Shown piece by piece: positions 26,189 to 34,671 of a stretch of 64,000 nt of DNA. The notes under the pieces were generated by a model. It did no database searches, had not been told where the DNA came from, and worked only from the letters and a program-made list of their open reading frames with translations. This DNA comes from a virus (lineage: Duplodnaviria > Heunggongvirae > Uroviricota > Caudoviricetes). Position numbers and translations under genes: made by a program. Each line of letters opens with the position of its first letter. Within the stretch, counting starts at the first letter, position 1. The stretch lies in IMG/VR virus record IMGVR_UViG_3300028563_000009; one strand, written 5' to 3'.

Positions 26189-27201
26189 AGCAATACATAG
26201 GAATCGCTAGAGATCATTCCGGTTCCATGAGTAGTCTCAAGACTACGGCCACTTCGGACTACAATTCGAATGTGGAAAGTATTAAAGAGGGTGCCACTGA
26301 CCACGGTATTGACACTGTGGTCAGTGTTATCAAGTTCGGGGTAAGAGCGGCGACTGGTATTGAGTTCGAGGTTAAGAACTCAAGCGTGAATAGCCTTAAG
26401 AAACTAACCTCGTACGAGACGTATGGCTCTACTCCCTTGTTCGATAGTGTTGGAGAACTTATTGAGCAGTTGTCGAAAGTTCCAGATGCGGAAGACCCGG
26501 ATGTTTCATTCCTTATCATGGTGATTACGGATGGAGCGGAAAACTCAAGCCGGAATTACAATGGCAACAGTATCTCTAAGAAAATAAAGGAGTTGCAGAA
26601 CACCGATAAGTGGTCATTTGTGTTTCGCGTTCCTCAAGGGTACGGCCATAACCTTTCTCGACTTGGGATTCCAGAGGGGAATATCCTCGAATGGGAGCAA
26701 ACCAAACAAGGTTTTGAGAAGGCAACGCAGAGAACCAAGGAAGCGGTGACGCGATTCTATGCCGCTAGAGCCAGTGGGCAAAGACGTACTACCAGTTTCT
26801 ACTCCGATCTTAGCCAAGTATCGGTTAAAGAAGTGGAAAGAGAGTTGGTAGAAATTACCAAGCAAGTATCTTTTTGGTCGGTCCGAAAGAACTCTTCCGT
26901 GCGAGATTTTGTGGAAGACCACATCGGCGGGGGAATGATAATTGGAGCAGCCTTCTACCAGTTAACTAAACCCGAGAAGCTTCAGAGCTATAAGCTTATC
27001 TGTATTCGTAACAAGGCAACAGGAGAAGTTTTCTCCGGCGATGCCGCGAGAGATTTGCTCAACCTTCCTAGAGGGGGAGAGATTAAACTTCAACCGGGAG
27101 ACCACGGGAAGTTCGACGTGTTTATCCAGAGCACCAGCACAAATCGGAAGTTATTACCCAATACAGAGCTATTGTATTGGCCGAAAGTGAGGAGTCTTTA
27201 A
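26185..27201 (+). CDS. vWA domain protein (338 aa)
   Basis: IARDHSGSM (DxSGS MIDAS), ITDGAEN. Confidence 0.6.
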   Translation: MKQYIGIARDHSGSMSSLKTTATSDYNSNVESIKEGATDHGIDTVVSVIKFGVRAATGIEFEVKNSSVNSLKKLTSYETYGSTPLFDSVGELIEQLSKVPDAEDPDVSFLIMVITDGAENSSRNYNGNSISKKIKELQNTDKWSFVFRVPQGYGHNLSRLGIPEGNILEWEQTKQGFEKATQRTKEAVTRFYAARASGQRRTTSFYSDLSQVSVKEVERELVEITKQVSFWSVRKNSSVRDFVEDHIGGGMIIGAAFYQLTKPEKLQSYKLICIRNKATGEVFSGDAARDLLNLPRGGEIKLQPGDHGKFDVFIQSTSTNRKLLPNTELLYWPKVRSL

Positions 27202-27202
27202 G

Positions 27203-27424
27203 ATGAGCAGGCTAACTTTACAGAAAAGAAAGGACCCCCGAGACGACCAAGATACTTGGGGGTTCATGCTGGGAGACCTATTCTACGCCTTCTCGGACTT
27301 CGGAGGAAGCACCAGTAAGGAATTAGCTACTATAGGTCTGGACTGGATTAAACAGGGATACGGGAATCCTTTCGACGGAGAGGACCCTAATAACTACGGA
27401 CCAGTGTTGGAGGAGATAGAATAG
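27203..27424 (+). CDS. hypothetical protein (73 aa)
   Basis: Coupled start. Confidence 0.45.
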   Translation: MSRLTLQKRKDPRDDQDTWGFMLGDLFYAFSDFGGSTSKELATIGLDWIKQGYGNPFDGEDPNNYGPVLEEIE

Positions 27425-28566
27425 TGAAGGCAATCCTGCTTCAGGGTATGGCGTTCGGCGACGAGAGCAAAGGCGCGACAGTCGATGCTCTTTGTCGTAA
27501 GTTCCCTGTGGATCAGATAGTTCGGTATAATGGCGGTCCACAGACGGCCCATAACGTAGTAACACCACAAGGAGTACATCACACTTTCAGCCAGTTCGGG
27601 TCTGGAATGCTAGCTAACTCTACTGTTAAGACACACTTATCTCGTTTCATGTTGATTAACCCGTTTAGTATGATGAGGGAAGCCGCCGCGTTGCCTACCT
27701 ATACTCCGGTCTGGAACCGAGTTACCATAGACAGACAGTGCGTAGTCATCACTCCAATGCACAAAAGGCTTAATCAGTTAAGAGAGAAGGCAAGACGGGA
27801 AGGTGCCCACGGAAGTTGTGGGGTCGGTGTAGGGGTTGCCAGAGAACTCAGCCTGAGGTATGGTGATAGAGTGTTGTTAGTGGAAGACTTCGCGGACGAA
27901 AACAGAATCCACATGAAGCTATTGTTCATGTTCTCGCAGTTAGGTTTCGAGATAGACAGGCTACAGAGAGAACTGAAGATTCCGGATATGGACTTTGATT
28001 TCGAGCACATGGCCCGTGCTTACAAAGATTTCGGAAGTTACGCAAAAGTCGTTGACAAACTGGAGCCGAGTGACTTAATGTTGTTTGAAGGCGCTCAGGG
28101 CGTCCTGTTGGATGAGCGGAAGGAATTCCTGCCACACAACACTTGGACAAACTGCACCTTCGGAAACGCAGACAACCTCTTGTCAGAAGTCGGATGCAGT
28201 GATAGATTAAGGATTGGGTGCTTCAGATCGTACTTCACGAGGCACGGCCACGGGCCATTCCCAACGGAAGACGTGGACTTGACAAAATCCTTTAAGGAAG
28301 CGCATAATGGAACCGGAGAGTTTCAGGGTGCTTTTAGGTGTGGTAAATTTGATTTTGATTTAGCCAAAAAAGCACTTGACATTGTTGGCGGTTTGGATTA
28401 TCTTTCTATTAGTCACTTGGATCGGGCCTCGTTAGAAGTGGGCGATGAAATTTCAAGCACTCTAGGAGTTCCGGTAGGAGTCTGGGCCACGGGTCCCACA
28501 TCAAACCACCGTGGTTTTAACTGTGAGTTGATCGACAGACTTGACAAGGTTTTGGAAACGTGTTAA
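27424..28566 (+). CDS. adenylosuccinate synthetase (PurA) family enzyme, PurZ candidate (380 aa, GTG start)
   Basis: GDESKGATVD P-loop region, RYNGGPQTAHNV, AHGSCGVGVGVARE; GGAGGAG RBS. Confidence 0.65.
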   Translation: MKAILLQGMAFGDESKGATVDALCRKFPVDQIVRYNGGPQTAHNVVTPQGVHHTFSQFGSGMLANSTVKTHLSRFMLINPFSMMREAAALPTYTPVWNRVTIDRQCVVITPMHKRLNQLREKARREGAHGSCGVGVGVARELSLRYGDRVLLVEDFADENRIHMKLLFMFSQLGFEIDRLQRELKIPDMDFDFEHMARAYKDFGSYAKVVDKLEPSDLMLFEGAQGVLLDERKEFLPHNTWTNCTFGNADNLLSEVGCSDRLRIGCFRSYFTRHGHGPFPTEDVDLTKSFKEAHNGTGEFQGAFRCGKFDFDLAKKALDIVGGLDYLSISHLDRASLEVGDEISSTLGVPVGVWATGPTSNHRGFNCELIDRLDKVLETC

Positions 28567-28578
28567 AATGGATTTGGG

Positions 28579-28866
28579 AATAGCGTTAGAAACAGTTACT
28601 TCTCATGCTTAATGAATTGCCGAAAGGCAGTCTCTGTTTCGCTTGTTCTTTCCCATATTTGAAGTTCTAGGTAGTGTAGATACAGTTACTTCGGTTAAAG
28701 TAGCTTCGGCTATGAGAGGTTTCGACGCCTCACCTTCTTTCGAGAAGGGTTACTGTGTCGCTTGTGCTCCTAGATGTTTTAAGGTTCTAGGTAGTGAAGA
28801 CCACGGTTACTTCTTTGGTGATAAACACCGTATGTCGCTTATTCTCCTAGATAAGATTAGCCTAGT
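28579..28866 (+). repeat. three tandem imperfect repeat units (R1-R3): conserved flanks GTAGTGTAGAnACAGTTACTTC / CTGTnTCGCTTGTTCT..TTCTAG bracketing variable hairpin inserts
   Basis: Direct reading; flank segments AAACAG/CTGTTT, ATACAG/CTGTGT co-vary; UUCG tetraloop hairpins in R2 insert. Confidence 0.7.
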
Positions 28867-29083
28867 TCGCAAGAGCGCGAGTCGGCAAACCCCCGGGAAC
28901 CCTTGATTTCGAATATATAGGGGCAACAAGGCAATGGTATGCGACAGTGGCTAAAACAGGGGCATTATACGGGTAGCTCCCGTGCCCCGAAGGTTGTAGG
29001 GTGGCAGAGAGTATTAGAATTGCGGGTCCTGTTACGGACTCAACGCTGGCGACGAATCTCCAGCCCCTACTAAAATTCAGTAG

Positions 29084-29217
29084 CAGTAGTGTTGAAACAA
29101 TTCCTTCTTCCAAACCGTAGGTCATGGGTTCGAATCCCATCTATCAGGGTTTCGATAGTAGCTCAGTTGGTAGAGCAACAGTACAAGGTGTTTCGCTCGT
29201 TCTCTGCTATAATCTGG
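29084..29217 (+). ncRNA. repeat unit R5 carrying tRNA-like module (T-arm ATGGG-TTCGAAT-CCCAT, acceptor-like hairpin CTATC/GATAG, D-arm TAGCTCAGTTGGTAGAGCA)
   Basis: Module at 29124-29177; flanks TGAAACA / TGTTTCG complementary. Confidence 0.4.
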
Positions 29218-29339
29218 TAACGGGTTTCACCGGTCGTGGCGGAGTCGTTAAAGAGAACAAAAACGGGAATGACTCTAACCGGTAAAGTGACCACGAATTT
29301 GCTTGCCGCCTAGAGCGTGATTATGTTGCCAATTTTTTA

Positions 29340-29476
29340 GGTATAGTGTTAGATACAGTTACTTCAATGCTAATGAAGAAACGTCGGTTCGAATCCGACT
29401 CCCGGTGTGTGCCGGGATCGTCTAGGGGTTAGGACGCTAAAATATCTGTGTCGCTTGTTCTTACCTAAGTTCTAAG
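29340..29476 (+). ncRNA. repeat unit R4 carrying complete but circularly permuted tRNA-like cloverleaf (AC arm, T-arm, acc-3', 5-nt loop, acc-5', D-arm)
   Basis: 29362-29436: CTTCA-ATGCTAA-TGAAG, GTCGG-TTCGAAT-CCGAC, TCCCGGT/GCCGGGA, GTCT-AGGGGTTA-GGAC. Confidence 0.4.
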
Positions 29477-29480
29477 AAAT

Positions 29481-29660
29481 ATGAGAATAACCCAGTGTTG
29501 TTTAGCATTTACGTCGGCTGTGGCGTTAGTAGTTGCCGCAATAGCGTCCAAACCACAAGGACTATCGAGTCCTTTAGAAGCATTAGGATTCTTGGTTTTG
29601 CTTGGAAACGTGGCGATACAAGTTTTTGGCGTCGTCATCGCAGTACACGAACTGGAGTAG
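29481..29660 (+). CDS. small membrane protein (59 aa)
   Basis: Weak RBS; hydrophobic. Confidence 0.3.
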   Translation: MRITQCCLAFTSAVALVVAAIASKPQGLSSPLEALGFLVLLGNVAIQVFGVVIAVHELE

Positions 29661-29661
29661 T

Positions 29662-30021
29662 ATGGGTATAAAAGACCTACTTGAAAATGAAATGAAGGCC
29701 AGCCACGAGTTTTCTAAAAGTAACTTTGGTGCTCAGGTGGGAGCGGCATACCCAGAGTTAGTAAAAGAAGTTTCTTCTAGCGATCCCGTATGCGCGACGT
29801 TGATGGTCGAATTGTGTATTGCTGGCATTACTGGAAAACAGGTAGCGGACAGTCTTAAGAAGCATAATGACTCAAAGGATTTACAGAAAGCTATCCTTGA
29901 GAATCTTCCCTCGTTTAACGGGCAGTTGTCCATGCTATACTGGGGTATCAACATAGGGCGTAAACTGGAAAAAGAAAGCCTCGAAGTTAACAAGCTTGAG
30001 GAAATGTTTGGAGGGAAATGA
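29662..30021 (+). CDS. hypothetical protein (119 aa)
   Basis: GGAG RBS; ATGA coupling to next gene. Confidence 0.45.
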   Translation: MGIKDLLENEMKASHEFSKSNFGAQVGAAYPELVKEVSSSDPVCATLMVELCIAGITGKQVADSLKKHNDSKDLQKAILENLPSFNGQLSMLYWGINIGRKLEKESLEVNKLEEMFGGK

Positions 30022-31385
30022 AAACCAATACTGCAATTAAGACCCCCGCTCCGAAGACGCACGAAGGTGCCACGGCAGCGCGTATCAATCCTGAGCAACA
30101 GCTTCGTCGTGTTGTTCTAGCATCCATGTTGTTTGAAGACACCTTCTATTTGGACGGAGTTAGCTCTGCCCAGATCGTTGAAGACTCGGTTCAGGAAGTT
30201 CTTAAGAAAAAGAATGGCCCTCAAATCGTGTCCGATCTGGCATACGAAACCCGTACTAACGGTAAACTGCGCCATATCCCGTTGTTCTTGGCCCTGACTC
30301 TTGTTAGAGCAGGCAACAAAAATACCAAACTCGGCGAGGAATGCCGTGCCGTGGTTGCGGAAACGCTGACCAAGATCATCCAGCGTCCGGACGAACTGGC
30401 GGAGTTTTTAGCTCTGTACTGGAAGGACAAGAAAGTTCCTTTGTCCAATCAGGTTAAGAAAGGACTCGCTGCTGCGTTCCAAAAGTTTGACAGGTACTCT
30501 CTGTCGAAGTACGCGAACCGGGAAGGCTCTATCTCTCTGCGCGACGTGTTGTTCTTGGTACACCCGCGTCCTCTGAACTCCGATCAACAGGAGTTGTGGA
30601 ACGAGTTGGCCGAGAAGAAATTGGTTGCTCCGGATACTTGGGAGTCGAATCTGTCTGCTGGTGCGGATAAGAAAGAGACTTTCATTCGTCTGATCGAAGA
30701 GAAGAAGCTGGGTGCTTTGGCACTACTCCGCAACTTGCGTAACATGCAACAGGCGGGAGTCCCGGATGATACCATCCGCAAAGCTTTGTCCGAAATGAAG
30801 ACCGAACGTGTTCTTCCTTTCCGGTATATCTCTGCCGCTAACTACGCTCCGCAACTGGAGCCTGAGTTGGAACAGGCCATGTATCGTAGCCTTAAGGATC
30901 ACGAGAAGCTGTCCGGCAAGACCGTTCTGTTGGTGGACAATTCTGGAAGCATGGGTTCTCCCGTTTCCGGAAGATCGCAAATCAGCAGAGCCGATGCCGC
31001 TCAAGCACTGGCAATGTTGGTCCGTGAGATCAGCGAAACCAGCGAAGTGATTGTGTTTGGTACGACGGCTGGAAGCATTCCTCCCCGTAGAGGATTTGCT
31101 CTCCGCGATGCTGTCAGACATAGCCAACACGGAGGCGGGACTAACACGGAAGTTGCTAAGAAACTAGCAGATAAAGTTGGATACGACAGACTCATCATCT
31201 TCACCGATGAACAGTCGCATCAGGCTCTCTCTGCTCCTAAGGAAGGCTCCAAGGCTTACGTCATCAATGTGGCCGCATACCAGAACGGAGTTGGGTATGG
31301 GAAGTGGGTTCATATTGACGGGTTCTCGGAAGCTGCGGTAGACTTTATCCAGCAGTATGAGAAAGAGAAAAATGAGCTTGCTTAA
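30018..31385 (+). CDS. rsr: Ro60/Rsr orthologue (TROVE domain + C-terminal vWA), 455 aa
   Basis: LRHIPLFLALTLVRAG, ALLRNLRNM (TROVE-like), C-terminal LLVDNSGSMGS (MIDAS) .. IIFTDEQSH. Confidence 0.6.
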   Translation: MKTNTAIKTPAPKTHEGATAARINPEQQLRRVVLASMLFEDTFYLDGVSSAQIVEDSVQEVLKKKNGPQIVSDLAYETRTNGKLRHIPLFLALTLVRAGNKNTKLGEECRAVVAETLTKIIQRPDELAEFLALYWKDKKVPLSNQVKKGLAAAFQKFDRYSLSKYANREGSISLRDVLFLVHPRPLNSDQQELWNELAEKKLVAPDTWESNLSAGADKKETFIRLIEEKKLGALALLRNLRNMQQAGVPDDTIRKALSEMKTERVLPFRYISAANYAPQLEPELEQAMYRSLKDHEKLSGKTVLLVDNSGSMGSPVSGRSQISRADAAQALAMLVREISETSEVIVFGTTAGSIPPRRGFALRDAVRHSQHGGGTNTEVAKKLADKVGYDRLIIFTDEQSHQALSAPKEGSKAYVINVAAYQNGVGYGKWVHIDGFSEAAVDFIQQYEKEKNELA

Positions 31386-31578
31386 AATACTGGCGGGTCT
31401 CTCGTGGGTCGTAATTGGTTTTTACGTCCTACAAGGGGCCTTCTGGCTTATGACCTACCCGAGCGACTTTACTTTCTTGGGCGGTATACTCTCGGTATTC
31501 CTTTACGGCTTTGTAACCTTCAAAATGATACAATACGCAGTAAGAAAATTCTTTAAGGAGAATAATGAACCTCGTTAA
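31372..31578 (+). CDS. small two-TM membrane protein (68 aa)
   Basis: Upstream partner of SPFH gene. Confidence 0.4.
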   Translation: MSLLKILAGLSWVVIGFYVLQGAFWLMTYPSDFTFLGGILSVFLYGFVTFKMIQYAVRKFFKENNEPR

Positions 31579-32461
31579 GTTGGCTCTGGCAGGATTCCTA
31601 ATGACTTTCCTCGCCGGTTGCGGAGTAGATAGAATTGGACCCGGCCACGTCGGTATTAAGATCAACATGGCTGGCGATAACAAAGGTGTGCTGGATACAC
31701 CAGTGAGTACGGGATGGGTGTTTTATAACCCCCTCGGCACCACGGTGATCGAGTACCCAACCAACATGAAGAATGTAGTGTGGACTAAAAGCCTCGATGA
31801 AGGCAACGCGAAGGACGAAAGCATTACGTTCACCAACAAAGAGAGCATGGTGGTTAACGCCGACTTCTCTCTGAACTACTACCTACTTCCTGAGAAGGTT
31901 CCGGCCTTTTATGTGAAGTTTCTCCAGAGGGATTTGGACGATTTCAGCAACGGGTACCTTCGTACCATCGCAAGAAATTGCGTGAACGACAGTGCTGGTA
32001 AGTATGAGATCGCACAGATCATGGGGGACAACACTGCCTTCCTGCTAGATAGTAAGGCATGTATTAACAAAACTCTCACGTCTTATGGTATCTTTGTCGA
32101 TAGCTTTGGCTTGATTGGTGCTCCGCGTCCTCCTCCGGTGGTAATCGAAAACATCAACGCCAAGATTCAGGCGCAACAGATCGCTCTCCAGAAGCAGAAC
32201 GAACTCCTTCAGGTTCAGGCAGATGCCGCGAAACAGGTGGCCGCTGCTGAAGGTAAGGCTAAGTCTATGGTCACTGAGGCCAACGGAGAAGCGGAAGCTA
32301 ACCGTATCAGAGCAGCTAGCATTACCCCGGCTATCATCCAGAAGCTTTCTCTGGAGAACCAGCACGACGCTATCTGGCGTTGGGATGGACACATGCCAAC
32401 CACTGTAGCCAACGGCGATAAGGGGGGACTGTTGTTCAACATCCCTACGGACAGTAAGTAA
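31565..32461 (+). CDS. SPFH/band-7 domain lipoprotein (298 aa)
   Basis: Lipobox FLAGCG; SPFH core plus coiled-coil QAQQIALQKQNELLQVQADAAKQ. Confidence 0.55.
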   Translation: MNLVKLALAGFLMTFLAGCGVDRIGPGHVGIKINMAGDNKGVLDTPVSTGWVFYNPLGTTVIEYPTNMKNVVWTKSLDEGNAKDESITFTNKESMVVNADFSLNYYLLPEKVPAFYVKFLQRDLDDFSNGYLRTIARNCVNDSAGKYEIAQIMGDNTAFLLDSKACINKTLTSYGIFVDSFGLIGAPRPPPVVIENINAKIQAQQIALQKQNELLQVQADAAKQVAAAEGKAKSMVTEANGEAEANRIRAASITPAIIQKLSLENQHDAIWRWDGHMPTTVANGDKGGLLFNIPTDSK

Positions 32462-32847
32462 TGGGTATTGAAGAAGTAGTAGAAAAAACAGTAACCATGA
32501 GCTTTGAGGATTTTGGGTACTTGTCCAAGACTCAAAGATTCTGGGACGAACAAGCTGAGTGGTCCCGAGCCACGTTTGGTAGCGATACCGAGCGTGGCCC
32601 ACTCGGACCTCTAAAGCATCTAGAGAAGGAAACCGAGGAAGCACGGCAGTCTTGGATTAAGCAAGACATTCCGGAAGCTAAGGTTGAGATCGCTGATTGT
32701 CTTTTCCTTACATTCGATGCGGCACGTAGAGCAGGCATGTCTTTAGACGACCTTCTAGACACAGCTTTCCGGAAACTGGAAATTAACAAACAACGCGAGT
32801 GGCAGAAACCAACGAACGACGGGCCAGTGGAGCATGTGAGGGAATGA
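32461..32847 (+). CDS. MazG-like nucleotide pyrophosphohydrolase (128 aa)
   Basis: LKHLEKETEEA .. EIADCLFLTFDAARRAGMSLDDLLDTAFRKLEINKQR (EExxE..ExxD). Confidence 0.55.
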   Translation: MGIEEVVEKTVTMSFEDFGYLSKTQRFWDEQAEWSRATFGSDTERGPLGPLKHLEKETEEARQSWIKQDIPEAKVEIADCLFLTFDAARRAGMSLDDLLDTAFRKLEINKQREWQKPTNDGPVEHVRE

Positions 32848-33053
32848 AAGACAGACTTCTAGAAACTTTGTGGGTACTGCCTAAGTTAGCGTTTTGCCTA
32901 CTGTTGGGTGTGCCCAAGCTTTTCCTCCTACCCTTGGTTGCTTATGTGTATTGGGTAGTAACAGGGGAGCAGTCTGATGGCTGGTACTTTAAGGACGATG
33001 CCACAGGAAAGCTGATCGAGGTAACGGGAACCATCGTAATCGAGCAGGAATAA
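32844..33053 (+). CDS. membrane protein (69 aa)
   Basis: ATGA coupling. Confidence 0.4.
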   Translation: MKDRLLETLWVLPKLAFCLLLGVPKLFLLPLVAYVYWVVTGEQSDGWYFKDDATGKLIEVTGTIVIEQE

Positions 33054-33056
33054 AAA

Positions 33057-33227
33057 TGAAAAAGATACTCCTTAGTTTTCTAGCAGTGGTTGCGAATGCC
33101 CTTTTAGTGGGGATATGTGCTAACCTTCCCGCTTGTTTTGCCATCCCGTTAGTGGTAGTGTTTGTGCTCTCGGGGACAGCCACTGTCGTCATTTGTGGGT
33201 ACTTTTTGTGTACCTTCATTGGATGAT
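33057..33227 (+). CDS. small membrane peptide (56 aa)
   Basis: Hydrophobic; weak RBS. Confidence 0.3.
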
Positions 33228-33233
33228 TTTTAA

Positions 33234-34241
33234 ATGAAAAACATATATCGCTGTGAATTCGGAAGTCATCTGTACGGTACTAATACGGAGGCTTCCGATC
33301 ACGATTTTAAGTCGATCCATATCCCATCCTCGGAGCAGATTCTACTTCAGAGGGTTCAGGATAGTACCGGCCATGTCGTGAAGAGGGAAGAAGGGGATAG
33401 AAACACCAAGGACGATACTGATGACGAAAGTTACTCCCTTCAGAGATATTTATCTCTTCTAGCCGAAGGGCAGACCGTAGCTATCGATATGTTGTTCGTC
33501 CCTAAACCTCTGATTACAAGTGAAATATGGGAAGAAATCGTTGCGAACAAGGACAGGCTGGTCACTAAGAAGTCTTATTCCTTCGTGGGGTATTGTCGCA
33601 CTCAGGCCAATAAGTATGGTATAAAGGGTAGTAGGGTGTCAGCGGCTAAAGAGGCTATGGACTTCTTCGAGGAGGCAATTACTTTCAAAGGGCCGTTGGC
33701 TAAAGTAGGTGACTTGGGTTTGTTCCCCGCTGGAGAACACTCTCACACGGTGGTCAAGGAAACCACTCCCGGAAAGTTTGAGACGTACTTCGAGTGCTGC
33801 AATCGTATGGTAGGATATAAGAACACTCTCAAGGAAGCGCACCATATCTTTTCCCGCATCTACGAGGAGTACGGCAAGAGAGCCAAGCTGGCCGAGTCCA
33901 ACAATGGGATCGACTGGAAGGCTTTGAGTCACGCAGTAAGGGTAGGACATGAGGCTTTGGCTTTGTTATCAACTGGCGAAATTTCTTTTCCGTTGTTTAA
34001 CGCACCGCATTTACTTGATATTAAAAAGGGCAGACTCCCCTACAAGGAAGTTGCTCAAGAAATAGAAGAGTTGCTGGAGGACGTGGAAGCGGCCTCTAAA
34101 ACATCCCCGCTCCGGAAAGAGCCGGACTACAAGTACATCGATGGGTTGGTAAGGAGAGTTTATGGTAGAGAAGTTTTTAACGATTACTGTTTGGACAGTA
34201 CTTACCACAATGGCGTATGCTCTGTTGCAGGGGAGGTTTAA
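33234..34241 (+). CDS. Pol-beta superfamily nucleotidyltransferase (335 aa)
   Basis: GSHLYGTNTEASDHDF (GS-x9-DhD) plus downstream Asp. Confidence 0.5.
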   Translation: MKNIYRCEFGSHLYGTNTEASDHDFKSIHIPSSEQILLQRVQDSTGHVVKREEGDRNTKDDTDDESYSLQRYLSLLAEGQTVAIDMLFVPKPLITSEIWEEIVANKDRLVTKKSYSFVGYCRTQANKYGIKGSRVSAAKEAMDFFEEAITFKGPLAKVGDLGLFPAGEHSHTVVKETTPGKFETYFECCNRMVGYKNTLKEAHHIFSRIYEEYGKRAKLAESNNGIDWKALSHAVRVGHEALALLSTGEISFPLFNAPHLLDIKKGRLPYKEVAQEIEELLEDVEAASKTSPLRKEPDYKYIDGLVRRVYGREVFNDYCLDSTYHNGVCSVAGEV

Positions 34242-34444
34242 TGTCTCTGCTTGATTTCATCCCTTGCTTTATCTTGGCAGTTGCCAGCGGATACTTCGTT
34301 GCTATAAACTGGTATGCACAAGCAGTGTTTTCCGCTTTGTGTTTTTTCCTGTTATTGGTCAACGTGGTGTTGCACTACGTCAGTCACCCCCTCCCCCGGT
34401 TTGTGATAGGGGAGTTAACCGTAACACCGGACAAAGAGGAATAA
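34241..34444 (+). CDS. membrane protein (67 aa)
   Basis: TAATG coupling. Confidence 0.35.
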   Translation: MSLLDFIPCFILAVASGYFVAINWYAQAVFSALCFFLLLVNVVLHYVSHPLPRFVIGELTVTPDKEE

Positions 34445-34586
34445 TGCTACTCATAGCCTTTTTAATTTTGTTCATCATATTGGTGAATAGATGATAGACT
34501 TTATGTCGGCACATCCGTTCTTGACGGTAGTGTTAGTTATTTTAGTATCCAACTTTGTGTACGAGACGATCAAGCTTTTTAGGTAA

Positions 34587-34669
34587 GGCCGCGTGGTGAA
34601 ATCGGCAGACACACTTGCCTTAGGAGCAAGCGCGAAAGCATGGGGGTTCAAGTCCCTCCGTGGCCACCA
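34587..34669 (+). tRNA. tRNA-Leu (anticodon UAG), type II, CCA encoded
   Basis: Acceptor GGCCGCG/CGTGGCC, anticodon stem CTTGC/GCAAG loop CTTAGGA, long variable arm, T-loop TTCAAGT. Confidence 0.75.
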
Positions 34670-34671
34670 GT

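Noticed and set aside
28643-28906. ORF of 87 aa spanning repeat units, and minus ORF 28862-29140
   Set aside because: They run across tandem repeats and tRNA-like structure. No RBS. The reading frame is an artefact of the repetitive sequence.
28960-29110. Group I intron
   Set aside because: AATTGCGGG and ACGGACT resemble group I intron P and R elements. I could not identify a P7 guanosine-binding site or flanking tRNA exons that splice to a colinear tRNA.
28579-29476. CRISPR array
   Set aside because: Repeats are ~55 bp, imperfect and split into conserved 5'/3' flanks. Inserts are 17-80 nt with internal hairpins. The units fit a structured-RNA family, not a CRISPR repeat-spacer array.
28571-29480. 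tmRNA (permuted ssrA)
   Set aside because: T-arm plus acceptor hairpin order is reminiscent of permuted tmRNA. No tag-peptide reading frame ending in a hydrophobic ALAA-like tail or pseudoknot series was found.
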